A DNA stretch of 55,634 bases. It comes from Planctomycetota bacterium (GTDB lineage: Bacteria; Planctomycetota; UBA1135; GCA-002686595). The position numbers were made by a program, and so were the translations under genes. Under the pieces are notes generated by a model that was not told where the DNA came from, made no database searches, and worked only from the letters and a program-made list of their open reading frames with translations. The stretch is taken from assembly GCA_038318285.1 (NCBI GenBank), contig JBBQCC010000001.1:1-55634 (forward strand). The letters run 5' to 3'. Below, in pieces: positions 45,940 through 54,891 of this stretch. How positions within the stretch are numbered: the first letter of the stretch is position 1; each line of letters begins with the position of its first letter.

Positions 45940-45966
45940 CACGGGTCCGTGAGCCACGGACCCGTG
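45940..45966 (+). terminator. Strong GC hairpin after the NIDO-like gene
   Basis: CACGGGTCCGTG (45940-45951) and CACGGACCCGTG (45955-45966) form a perfect 12-bp stem with a 3-nt loop, 14 nt after the stop. It lies in a convergent gap, so it may act bidirectionally. There is no U-tract. Confidence 0.5.
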
Positions 45967-46075
45967 ACGCGGCGCGCATGCTGCTGAACGGAACGACCGC
46001 CCGCGGGGACCCCCACCCGCGGGCGGTCCCCATGCAGCGGCCTGTTCAGCGACCCCCCTTCTCGACGGCCCCTCT

Positions 46076-46915
46076 TCAGCGACCGACGACGAGCGCCACG
46101 CAGCTCGAGTGCAGCGCATTTTCCGCGCGCTCCCCGTTCGTCCGCGGATCGTCGAGGCGCGTGTGCACGGAGATGGCGGCGAAACCCGCATCGCGCAGCG
46201 CGTCCGCGATCTCGGGGATCGACCACAGCCGCCAGCGGTAGACGAATGCGTCGGGTAGGTCGAGCACGACTTCGCCGGCGTGCAGCACGCGGAACGAGAT
46301 CGTGTTCACGACCTCCGCGGTGCGCGGATCGGCGCTGCGCTGCTCCCACAACCAGCGGATCTCGCTGCCGTCCGGCTCGATGCGGCGTCGCTCCAACGTG
46401 CCGAGGCGCCAGGCCGACTCGCCGCCGTACGTGTCCAGCGCGACGATCCCGCCCGGCACGAGGCGACGGCGTGCGCTGCGAGCCCAGCCGACGAGTTCCG
46501 AGCGCGCGTGCAGTTCGCCGATCGAGAAGTTGCCGGCGTGTACCACGTCGGCCGGTCCGAGCGATGCGATCTCCGGCGCGCGCACGTCCAGCACGTGCGT
46601 CGCGACGCGCGGGTGCGGCACAGCGGCGAGGCTCGCGCCGTCCCGGTCCACCGCGACCGCGCGACCGCCCGCGACGCGCTCGACCCACGCGCGCGAGATG
46701 GCGGCGGAACCGGCGAAGTCCTCGCAGAGCACGGTAGGTTCGCCGCCCGCAGACGCTCGGTGCAGCGCGAGCAAGAAATCGACGATGCGCACGGGGTTCT
46801 GCACCGTGCGTTCGTACAGCTGGTTTGGCGTGAGGTTCTCCGCGCGCATCGCCCGCGAAGCAGAGTCGGAATCCACTCTCACTTCCAGCCCGCAGTAGAC
46901 TGATCGGCTCGTCAT
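46076..46915 (-). CDS. Class I SAM-dependent methyltransferase-like protein
   Basis: The product is 279 aa from Met 46915, with an alternative Met at 46849. It has the motif-I-like LCEDFAGSAAIS and the post-I AVDRD. The start at 46915 would overlap the divergent gene's ATG by 2 nt. Confidence 0.65.
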   Translation of the reverse strand: MTSRSVYCGLEVRVDSDSASRAMRAENLTPNQLYERTVQNPVRIVDFLLALHRASAGGEPTVLCEDFAGSAAISRAWVERVAGGRAVAVDRDGASLAAVPHPRVATHVLDVRAPEIASLGPADVVHAGNFSIGELHARSELVGWARSARRRLVPGGIVALDTYGGESAWRLGTLERRRIEPDGSEIRWLWEQRSADPRTAEVVNTISFRVLHAGEVVLDLPDAFVYRWRLWSIPEIADALRDAGFAAISVHTRLDDPRTNGERAENALHSSCVALVVGR

Positions 46916-49900
46916 GATCCGACCTTCCCTCCGCTCGATCCTCGTCGTCGGCGCGCTGTGTGCGCCCGTCCTCGCCCATCCGTCGCAGTCCGCGAGCCCC
47001 TCGGGGCGCATCCTCGCCTTCCTGGCGGCGCCTCCGGCGCAACAGGCCGCGGATCCGACTGTCCCGTTCGAGATCGAGCCGTTCACGGCCGTGGCGGGCG
47101 ACGTCCTCGCCTACGTCGTGCGCGTGCCCACGGGCGCCGGCGGGGCGCGCGGCATCGAAGTGCACTACACGGACGGTCGGCATACGCCCGCGCCGGAGTG
47201 CGCCGAGCCGGGGACGTGGCGGACGATTCGCGTTCCGCTCCTAGCCGGCGCCGAGGTCGGCGGGCTCGAACTCGTCGCGCGCGGGGCCAATGGCGCACAG
47301 GTCGCGTTCCAGGTCGACGACGTGCGCGTCGAGCACGAAGACGGCACGACGACGGACGTGTTCCACGAGGATCTCCCGGGCGGCACGCGTCGCCTGGGCG
47401 GCGGCGAGACGTCCGCGGGGGCAGTCCTCGTGGCGCTCACGGACGATTTCGTGCGCGACGGCGTGCGCACGCGCGCCGACGTCGGCGACCCCTGGGCCGC
47501 GATCGACTTGTCGGCCCTGTGCGCACTCGATCGCGCCGCGGATCCGCTCGACGTCACGGTGTTGCCGCGCGGGCTGACGTGGACCGGACCCTGCGTGCCG
47601 CTCCGCTTCGCGCGGGCCGCCGACCGCGCGTCCTTCGCCGCGCGCGGCCAGCGTCTCGGTTTCGAACCGCTGGACGGTGGCCGCTTTTACGAGGTTTGGC
47701 TCGCGCTCGCGAACACGACGCAGGCCGACATCGACACGCAGATCGAAGTGCAGGGCGTGGACCGCGGCCGCACGCCGATCTCGCTGCGCGTCCCCGCGCG
47801 TGGACCGGACGGTTACGCGCCGCGCGAGGGCGACGGCTACCCCGCGCGCGAATTCGCGTTGATCGAAGTCGACGTCGCGTCCGCGTGGAGCCTGCAGTCG
47901 CTCCAACTGCCCGACGATCCGCGCCTGCGCGTGCTGGCTGTCACCATCGCGTGGCGTCGCGACGGCGCCGCGGATCCGCGGTTCCGCGCGCGCTGTCTGG
48001 CGCGTGCCGCGGCGACCGGCGCGGACTTGAGCGAGGAGGATCGGGCCGGATTGGTGCGCTACGTCCAGAACCGCCAAGCGGCGGCCGTGTTCGGCGGTGT
48101 CGCGGACGACGATGCGCGTGAGCGCGCGCTGTTCCAGGCCCTTCTCGCGGGCGACGCGGGCGAGTTCCGGACACAGCTCGAGGAACTCGTCGCGGCCCAG
48201 CGCGAACTCGGCGACGGCCGCAAGGCGGCGCGCATCGACCTCTTGGCCTCCATCCCGCGCGCGAGAGATGACGCCCTGGCGGCGCGCGATCTCGCGGCGG
48301 CCCTGGCCGAGGGTGTGTTGCCGGCGGACATGCCCGTGCTGGCCGGGGACGGCGCGGCGATCACGGTCCTCGCGCGCCGCGATCCGGCCGCGCTGGAACG
48401 CCTCGTACAGCGTGTCCACGACAAGACGTGGGTGACGTTCGGCGCGAGCATCGGATCGCGCGCCGCGGCGCGCTTCGGTGCCGACGGACTCGCGCACGAA
48501 CTCGTGCAGGACAAGCTCTCCGAGATCGAGCAGCTCGGCGCGACCAGCGGCGTGGACCGGCTCGACGGCGATCTCGGTCGCCTGCAGAACCTGCCGCAGA
48601 TGCTCGCCGCGGCCGGCACGCGCGTCGTGGTGTTGGGCGACGTGGGGGAGAAACTCGCGGCGCCGTTCGCGCTGTGGGAATCAGCCGGCTCCCAGGTCAC
48701 GATGCTGACGACGCCCGTCGTCCGCGAAGGTCCGCTGCGGCTCGATCCCGCGCGCTGGCAGCTCTGGATGGCGACCGCCGCGGCGGGAGCGACGATCCGG
48801 CCGCCGATCCCGGTCCTGTGCGACGTCTCGGCCCCCGTCGCGCGCGAGACGCAGTCGTACGCCGCGAAGTTGGCCGGCGCGGATCTCGCGCCGACGCTCG
48901 CGTGGAGTTCGCTCGAGGAGGTCGTGGCCGCGGCCCGTCCGCGCACTCGACCGGCGAATACTCCGGCGATGCGTCCGCTGGCGCGCGACGGAATGCGCGC
49001 CGAACTCGGTGCGCGCGCGGCCGTGCGTTCGGCGGAGCGGGAACTGGGCCGCCTGGGCGTCGCGGAATCGCTCGCCGTCCTGGACGGCGGCGCTGACGCG
49101 GGCGCGCGGCTCGCGAGTCTCTGGGGCGCGTTGATCGACGCTGCGAACAGTGACGCACAGGTTGCCGTGCGCGGCGCAGTGCGGGTCGGCGCACAGGCCG
49201 CGAACGACGCGACGACGCGGCTCTCGCGGCTGCGTCCAGTCGTTCCGCACGCCGGGCCGGGTGTGCCGCTGGCCGTGCTGGACGTCGTGCCCTGGCCGCG
49301 CACGACGCTGCTCGAGTTTCCCGGCGCCGAGCTGCGCATCGCGGACTCGGCTGGCGATCTGCCCATGCAGCGCACGGCGAGCGGCGGCGTCCTCGTCGAG
49401 TATGCCTCGCTGGGTCTGCAGCCGACCGCCGTGCGCGTGCGCCGCGATGCGTTGGCCGAACCAAAGGCTGCGAAGCGCGTGCGCCTCGAGGGTTGGACGG
49501 TCCGCACGGACGATCTGGAGGTCGTCGTCGATCCGAAGACGGGGCTCGTCGCGCGTTTGCGCGTGCCGGCGAAGGACGTCGACCTCTTGACCGAGGCCGG
49601 CGCAGGGCTGAGTTGGATCGCGCTAGGCTCCGCGCCCGAGGCGGTCGACCACCTGGACTCGATCGAGTACGTCGAGCGCGGTCCGCTGCGCGCGATCGTG
49701 CGGACCGTGCATTCGTCGGCGCGCGCGCGCGTCGAGACGGAGATTCGCGTCACCCCCGGTTCGTACGGGCTCGAGATCCGCTCGCGCGCGACGCTGGTCG
49801 ACCGCGGCGGCGACCTCGTCGCGAGCTTTCCGCTGCGCAACGCGGCGGCGAACGCGCTCGTGTCGATTCCGTTGGGCTCGACGGCCATCGTGCCCAGCGC

Positions 49901-50480
49901 GTCCGACCTGCACGCGCTGGACGGCTGGGCCGCGGCGACGGACGGCCGTGCCACGTTCGCGCTGCTGGGCGAGAACGGCGCGGCCTACCGGTGGAACGAG
50001 AGGACCTTCGAGGTCCTGCTGGCCGAGGCCGGCGCTGCCGAGACGCGGGCCGGATCGTTCCGCGTCCTCGGCAACGTGGGCGCGTGGAAAGCGGCGGGCC
50101 TCGACGCGGCCCTGCTCGAAGCGGTGCAGCCACCGCTGCGCGTGGCGTTCGATTCGAACGCCGCGCCCGGCGACACGCGCGAACCGCTCGTGCGGATTGC
50201 GCGCATCGAGCGCGACGGACGCCGCTCGATCGGACTCGACGGGGGCCTCTTGCCGCTGTCCGTCGAGCCCGGTCCGGACGGCACCATCGACATCCGCTTC
50301 GTCGAAGTCCGCGGCGAGGCGGCCCGCGTGCAGATCGACATCGCGCGCGAGCCGTTCGGTGCGCGCCGCGTCGATCTGCTCGGCAACACGACGAGCAACT
50401 GCACCGTGACCGGACGCAGCCTGGACGTCGGCGTGGAAGCCGGGCATCTCGAGACCGTGCGTGTCAGGCTCGGACCGTGA
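46914..50480 (+). CDS. Large secreted protein with divergent GH38 (alpha-mannosidase)-like central and C-terminal domains
   Basis: 1188-aa ORF with a signal peptide (MIRPSLRSILVVGALCAPVLAHP). The C-terminal half follows the GH38 mid/C-domain pattern (VVPWPRT..., YVERGPLRAIV..., final ...VDLLGN...LETVRVRL). I did not find the canonical HxHxD metal site. The family call is tentative. Confidence 0.6.
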   Translation: MIRPSLRSILVVGALCAPVLAHPSQSASPSGRILAFLAAPPAQQAADPTVPFEIEPFTAVAGDVLAYVVRVPTGAGGARGIEVHYTDGRHTPAPECAEPGTWRTIRVPLLAGAEVGGLELVARGANGAQVAFQVDDVRVEHEDGTTTDVFHEDLPGGTRRLGGGETSAGAVLVALTDDFVRDGVRTRADVGDPWAAIDLSALCALDRAADPLDVTVLPRGLTWTGPCVPLRFARAADRASFAARGQRLGFEPLDGGRFYEVWLALANTTQADIDTQIEVQGVDRGRTPISLRVPARGPDGYAPREGDGYPAREFALIEVDVASAWSLQSLQLPDDPRLRVLAVTIAWRRDGAADPRFRARCLARAAATGADLSEEDRAGLVRYVQNRQAAAVFGGVADDDARERALFQALLAGDAGEFRTQLEELVAAQRELGDGRKAARIDLLASIPRARDDALAARDLAAALAEGVLPADMPVLAGDGAAITVLARRDPAALERLVQRVHDKTWVTFGASIGSRAAARFGADGLAHELVQDKLSEIEQLGATSGVDRLDGDLGRLQNLPQMLAAAGTRVVVLGDVGEKLAAPFALWESAGSQVTMLTTPVVREGPLRLDPARWQLWMATAAAGATIRPPIPVLCDVSAPVARETQSYAAKLAGADLAPTLAWSSLEEVVAAARPRTRPANTPAMRPLARDGMRAELGARAAVRSAERELGRLGVAESLAVLDGGADAGARLASLWGALIDAANSDAQVAVRGAVRVGAQAANDATTRLSRLRPVVPHAGPGVPLAVLDVVPWPRTTLLEFPGAELRIADSAGDLPMQRTASGGVLVEYASLGLQPTAVRVRRDALAEPKAAKRVRLEGWTVRTDDLEVVVDPKTGLVARLRVPAKDVDLLTEAGAGLSWIALGSAPEAVDHLDSIEYVERGPLRAIVRTVHSSARARVETEIRVTPGSYGLEIRSRATLVDRGGDLVASFPLRNAAANALVSIPLGSTAIVPSASDLHALDGWAAATDGRATFALLGENGAAYRWNERTFEVLLAEAGAAETRAGSFRVLGNVGAWKAAGLDAALLEAVQPPLRVAFDSNAAPGDTREPLVRIARIERDGRRSIGLDGGLLPLSVEPGPDGTIDIRFVEVRGEAARVQIDIAREPFGARRVDLLGNTTSNCTVTGRSLDVGVEAGHLETVRVRLGP

Positions 50481-51343
50481 CGGCGCACAAGGGCGCCGAG
50501 GAACTCGCGGAATGGCTGCGTGCCCAGCGCGAGGGTTGGAGCGCGGCCGCGGCGTCCTGGGACGAGTGGTTCGACGCGTTCGAGGCCTTCGCCGCGCCGC
50601 TGACGGTCGAGCTGCTCGCGCGCGCGCAGGTCGAGTCGGGTCTCTCCGTGATCGACGTCGGTTGCGGCAACGGCGTTCCCTCGCTGGCGGCGGCGCGTCG
50701 CGTAGCGCCGAATGGGCGCGTGACGGGTGTGGATCTGGCGCAGCCGATGGTCGAGAACGCGCGCCGTCGCGCAGCGTCCGCGGGCATCGCGAACGCCGAG
50801 TTCCGGGTCGCGAGTGCGGACGACCTGGCGGGACTCGGCCCGTTCGACGCGGCGATCTCGCGCTTCGCGCTGATGCTCGTGCCCGATCCGGACGCCGCCG
50901 CGCGATCGATCCGCGGAGTGCTGCGCCCCGGCGCGCGCTTCGCCGCCTGTGTGTGGGGGACCGCACCCGAAGTCCCGTTCTGCGCCATCGCACCGGCGAC
51001 GATGCGATCTGCGCTGGGCATCGAGCCCGCGGCCGAGGACGCGCCCGGTCCGACGCGCCTGGGCGCTCCCGGTCGGTTGGCCGACGTGCTGCGCGCGGGC
51101 GGGTTCAGCGACGTCGCCGAGGCCACGTTGCGCGTCGAACCGCGCTTCGAGTCGGTCGAGGAGGCCGCGCGCTTCTACTGCGAGGGCTCGGGCACCATTC
51201 GGCGTGCACTCGACGCGCGCGCAGCGGCGGACCGCGAGCGTTTCGAGTCGGCGTTGCAGCGCGCGCTCAGTGCCTGTCGATGCGACGACGGTTCGGTCGT
51301 GATGCCGTCGACCGTGCGCATCGCGGTCGGTCGCGCGGGCTGA
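50477..51343 (+). CDS. Class I SAM-dependent methyltransferase
   Basis: The GTG at 50477 overlaps the previous stop (GTGA). It has SAM motif I VIDVGCGNG and post-I GVDLAQPM. The product is 288 aa. Confidence 0.85.
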   Translation: MTAHKGAEELAEWLRAQREGWSAAAASWDEWFDAFEAFAAPLTVELLARAQVESGLSVIDVGCGNGVPSLAAARRVAPNGRVTGVDLAQPMVENARRRAASAGIANAEFRVASADDLAGLGPFDAAISRFALMLVPDPDAAARSIRGVLRPGARFAACVWGTAPEVPFCAIAPATMRSALGIEPAAEDAPGPTRLGAPGRLADVLRAGGFSDVAEATLRVEPRFESVEEAARFYCEGSGTIRRALDARAAADRERFESALQRALSACRCDDGSVVMPSTVRIAVGRAG

Positions 51344-51384
51344 CTGGGCGCCGCGCGAGCCGCGCCGGGGCCCGCGCGTGGTTC

Positions 51385-52797
51385 TCACTTCTGCGCGTCG
51401 TCCACCTGGATCCACCAGGCGCGTTCCGACTCGAGCAGGCCCTTCTCGTCCTTCAAGACCCAGGGCCACTTCTCGCCGCGCAGCTTCGTCGTGTCCTTGG
51501 CGCGGCAGACGACGAGGTACTTGCCCGGCTCGAGATCCGTCGCCTTCAGATCGAGGCGGTGTTTCCCGTCCATTTCGGTGCGCACGCGGCCCCAAGGCTC
51601 GTCCGTGATCGGCATCAGCGCGCCGCGGCGGGATCGATCGCGCGCGCCCGGTTTCGACGCGCGGATGCCGGGAGTCGAATCCTTGCCGGTGCTCGGAAAG
51701 CGTGCCTCGGGCAGGATCCACCACGTGACCTCGAGCGCGTGTGACGTCGGTCGCATCACCTGCACGTCGAACGTCAGCCCGTCGCGACCCATCACGATCG
51801 GCGGCTTGTTGCGCAGCGGCTGCGCCTCGGGCACGACGTCGTCGATCGGATCCACGTAGTCGTAGATGCGCAACACGAGCGCTTCCTGGCACACGAGGCA
51901 GAAGCGTTCGCCGCTCGACATCGTGCATCCCGTGCTCGTGGGTCGCCACGCGCCGCGCACGCGCCCAGCCGCGCCCTCGTACACCCCGACGCCGGGGTGC
52001 TTGGCCTCGAGCCAGTGCGCCCAAGGCACGAGCTTCGGATCCTCGGTGTCCGACACGTTCGCGGCGCGATTCGGCGGCCGCGAAGGATCGCCCTGGTGCG
52101 CCGACTGCGCGGTCTCGTACTCGTCGCCGAGCCTTCCGAACGCGTGTCCCCATTCGTGCACCGTCGTGGTCGCTTCCCGACCGCCGATCGTGGCGATGCC
52201 GCCGCCGCCGGTGCCGAGCACGCCGTTGCGCACGAAGCAGATGGCCATGCTGTCGTGGGCGGGCATCTCGTCGAACATCGCATTCACACGACTGCGATCG
52301 ATGACGACGTGCCCGGCAAAGGTCTCGCCCGTGCTGGCGTTCAGCGCGGTGTCGTAGTCGCGCCCGAATCCGTCGACGCCGTTCTCCGCGCTGACGAGGT
52401 CGCAGCGCAGGAAGTTCAGGTAGTTCCAGTATTCGCGGTACGTCGGATTGCGCTCGAACAGCGGCGGGATATCGGCGGCGAACTTCGCGAAGTTCTTCAT
52501 GTGCTCGAGTTCGTAACCGTCGCCCATCAACACGATGTCCACGCGGTTCGACGACGGTCCGTTCTGGACGACGTAGTCCCAGCCGAGGAACGCGGAGGGC
52601 GTCGAGCGCCGCACTGCGATCTTGCCCGCGTCGGTCTCGGGCGACTTCTTCGCGAGCCGCTGGTACGCGGTCCGCGCTTCGGGATAGCGGCCGGCGCGCG
52701 CGGCCGCTTCGGCCTTGTCGAGCACCGCGCGCGCATCGTCCTCGGTGTCGACGCGCGCGAGCAACAGGAGGGGCAGGATCCAAACCGCGCGGTGCAT
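51385..52797 (-). CDS. M64-family (IgA-peptidase-like) zinc metallopeptidase, secreted
   Basis: The Met at 52797 (MHRAVWILPLLLLA) is followed by a signal peptide. It has the HExxH context VHEWGHAFGRLGDEYE, and VDIVLMGDGY as in peptidase M64. The product is 470 aa. Confidence 0.82.
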   Translation of the reverse strand: MHRAVWILPLLLLARVDTEDDARAVLDKAEAAARAGRYPEARTAYQRLAKKSPETDAGKIAVRRSTPSAFLGWDYVVQNGPSSNRVDIVLMGDGYELEHMKNFAKFAADIPPLFERNPTYREYWNYLNFLRCDLVSAENGVDGFGRDYDTALNASTGETFAGHVVIDRSRVNAMFDEMPAHDSMAICFVRNGVLGTGGGGIATIGGREATTTVHEWGHAFGRLGDEYETAQSAHQGDPSRPPNRAANVSDTEDPKLVPWAHWLEAKHPGVGVYEGAAGRVRGAWRPTSTGCTMSSGERFCLVCQEALVLRIYDYVDPIDDVVPEAQPLRNKPPIVMGRDGLTFDVQVMRPTSHALEVTWWILPEARFPSTGKDSTPGIRASKPGARDRSRRGALMPITDEPWGRVRTEMDGKHRLDLKATDLEPGKYLVVCRAKDTTKLRGEKWPWVLKDEKGLLESERAWWIQVDDAQK

Positions 52798-52886
52798 GAT
52801 GCGGAGTCTAGCGAGCGCGCACGTGCTGGGCAGAACCTGCCGAATCCTTACGCGGTGCGTTGGATCTCGGCGATCTCGCGCAGCTG

Positions 52887-53360
52887 CTAGGGCAGCAGCA
52901 CGAACTCCGTTGCCACGAACCGGTCGCCCTCGATGCGGCCGACGACGTACGCGCGCCTCACTGCGTTGCAGAAGCCGTCGTCTGCATGCGCGTCGCCGTG
53001 GTCGTCGATCCGCGATCCGTCCACGAAGTACGCCCGGCCCTCGATGCGGACGGCGAGGTCGCAGCCAGGCGGGGGGAGTCCGAGTCGGCATTGACCGCAC
53101 GCGGCATCCACTTCGCCGGCGAATTCACGATCCACCGCTGTGCTCGCCCCCGTCTCCGCGTGCGGAGTGCGACACGCGGACAGCGAACACGCGAACAACG
53201 CGAGCACGACGCAGAGCACGACGCAGAGCAAGTCCACGACGCGACGCCCGTGCCCCGACACGTGTTGGACGCGCCGTTGTGTGCTCGACGCACGATCATT
53301 CGGACCGAACGCTGGGAGCGGAAACGCGGCTACGGCACCGGCGACGCGAGCGAGAATCAT
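52887..53360 (-). CDS. Small Cys-rich hypothetical protein (possible lipoprotein)
   Basis: The ATG at 53360 lies 6 nt downstream of GGAGG. It has a hydrophobic segment with LFACSLSAC and a C-terminal domain with CGQC...GC...GDAHADDGFC. The start is ambiguous because the upstream 15-bp repeats add in-frame ATGs up to 53405. Confidence 0.5.
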   Translation of the reverse strand: MILARVAGAVAAFPLPAFGPNDRASSTQRRVQHVSGHGRRVVDLLCVVLCVVLALFACSLSACRTPHAETGASTAVDREFAGEVDAACGQCRLGLPPPGCDLAVRIEGRAYFVDGSRIDDHGDAHADDGFCNAVRRAYVVGRIEGDRFVATEFVLLP

Positions 53361-53366
53361 GGGGGA

Positions 53367-53441
53367 CCTCCACATCGCATACCTCCACATCGCATACCTC
53401 CACATTGCACGCCCCCAGATTGCACACCTCCAGATTGCAGA
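53367..53441. repeat. 5 x 15-bp tandem repeat immediately upstream of the 52887-53360 gene
   Basis: The units are CCTCCACATCGCATA x2, CCTCCACATTGCACG, CCCCCAGATTGCACA and CCTCCAGATTGCAGA. On the coding (-) strand each unit reads ..ATG..GGAGG. Confidence 0.9.
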
Positions 53442-53489
53442 CCGCTCGCCTGCGCGAGCCTTGGCGGGGGTTCGGCCCCGAAGTTCCGA

Positions 53490-54419
53490 TCAGCGCCGTG
53501 CGAGCTCGTCCGGCAGCTTGAACTCGACGTTCTCGGGCACGCCCAGCATCTCGCGGACGTCCTCCGCGCCGAGCTCCGTCAAGCGGGCGAGCACGCGCTG
53601 CACGAGGCTCTCGGGCGCCGATGCGCCGGCCGTCACGCCGACGCGCTGCTTGCCGGCGAGCCAACTCGGCTCGATCTCGCGCGCGTCGTCGATCAGGTAC
53701 GAAGTCACGCCGCGCCGCGCCCCGAGCTCGGCCAAGCGGTTCGAGTTGCTCGAGTTCTTCGATCCGATCACCAGCAGGAGGTCGATCTGCTCGTCCGCCA
53801 GCCGCTTCACGGCGTTCTGGCGATTCTGCGTCGCGTAGCAGATGTCTTTGAGCTCGGGACCCTGGATCGCCGGGAAGCGCCGCGTCAGCGCGTCGATCAC
53901 GTCGCGCGTGTCGTCGATCGACAGCGTCGTCTGCGTGACGTACGCCAGGCGGCTCTCGTCCCGCACCACGAGGTTCTGCACTTCCTCGACCGTCGACAGG
54001 ACGTACACCGGTCCGCGGATGCGACCGCGCGTGCCCTCGACCTCGGGGTGACCGGGGTGACCGATCAACACGACCTCGTGACCCTTGCCGGCGTAGTTCT
54101 GCGCCTGCACGTGCACCTTCGTCACGAGCGGACACGTCGCGTCGATGATGCGCAGTCCGCGCTCCTGCGCCGTGCGCACGACGATGTCGGACACGCCGTG
54201 CGCGCTGAAGATCGTGACGGAGCCGGGCGGCACTTCGACCAAGTCATCGATGAACTTCACGCCGCGCGCCGAGAGGTCCTCGACGACATGGCGGTTGTGC
54301 ACGATCTCGTGCAGCACGAAGACGGGCGCGCCGTGCAGTTCGAGCGCGCGCTCGACGATCTCGATCGCGCGGTCTACTCCGGCGCAGAAACCGCGGGGGT
54401 TGGCGAGGCGGACGTCCAT
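53490..54419 (-). CDS. ispH: 4-hydroxy-3-methylbut-2-enyl diphosphate reductase
   Basis: The Met at 54419 ([19 protein letters not shown]) gives 309 aa. The three conserved cluster Cys contexts are present ([21 protein letters not shown]), along with the SSNSNRL motif. Confidence 0.95.
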   Translation of the reverse strand: MDVRLANPRGFCAGVDRAIEIVERALELHGAPVFVLHEIVHNRHVVEDLSARGVKFIDDLVEVPPGSVTIFSAHGVSDIVVRTAQERGLRIIDATCPLVTKVHVQAQNYAGKGHEVVLIGHPGHPEVEGTRGRIRGPVYVLSTVEEVQNLVVRDESRLAYVTQTTLSIDDTRDVIDALTRRFPAIQGPELKDICYATQNRQNAVKRLADEQIDLLLVIGSKNSSNSNRLAELGARRGVTSYLIDDAREIEPSWLAGKQRVGVTAGASAPESLVQRVLARLTELGAEDVREMLGVPENVEFKLPDELARR

Positions 54420-54891
54420 GGAGTGCCCATTCTGGCGTGAGATCGCGCGGGCTTCGACGGTCCGATCGTGAAAGCTCGCGGACGGGGTGCGGATCGCGTT
54501 CCCGATCGCCACTCGAGATCCCCGACTCGCGCCGAGGATCCGTCTTGGGCGGCAGTGGGTCGCTCGCTGACCCATGACGAACCGCCTGCTCTCCGCGGTG
54601 CTCGGACCCCTCGTTGGTGGCCCAGTCGATCGTCACGTCCGTTGCGGAGCGAAGGTGCTCGAGTGCGGGGCGGGGACACGCTGGTATCCCTGATCCCATC
54701 CCCCGTTCGCTGCACGGCGCGCGCCGAGTTTGATTCCGCACCGTTTTCCGGGGACCTGCGCTCGCCGCGGAGGTACTGGGCGCGCAACGATCCCTGCGCG
54801 AGTCGAAGCCCCGGCCGAGCGGCTGGGTCCAGAGGCTGGCGCTCGTACGTCTCGCCGCTGGATCTACACTCGGCGCGGAGGTTTCACGCTC

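Noticed and set aside
44334-47183. 949-aa minus-strand ORF spanning the NIDO-like gene and the methyltransferase region. Similar long ORFs occur at 12967-15129, 15011-17311, 48059-49954 and 49985-52783.
   Set aside because: All overlap genes with strong motif support on the other strand or in another frame. All have the Arg/Ala/Gly-rich composition typical of spurious high-G+C ORFs.
53367-53441. Possible CRISPR array, because of regularly repeated short units.
   Set aside because: The units are only 15 bp long and directly abut each other with no spacers. There are no cas genes in the window. This is a simple tandem repeat.
54420-54891. An unusually long (472-bp) divergent intergenic region between ispH and the lipoprotein gene, considered for a small RNA or a missed small gene.
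   Set aside because: Only composition-typical spurious ORFs cross it. I saw no conserved RNA motif, strong hairpin-plus-U-tract or repeat. Nothing there can be supported from sequence alone.
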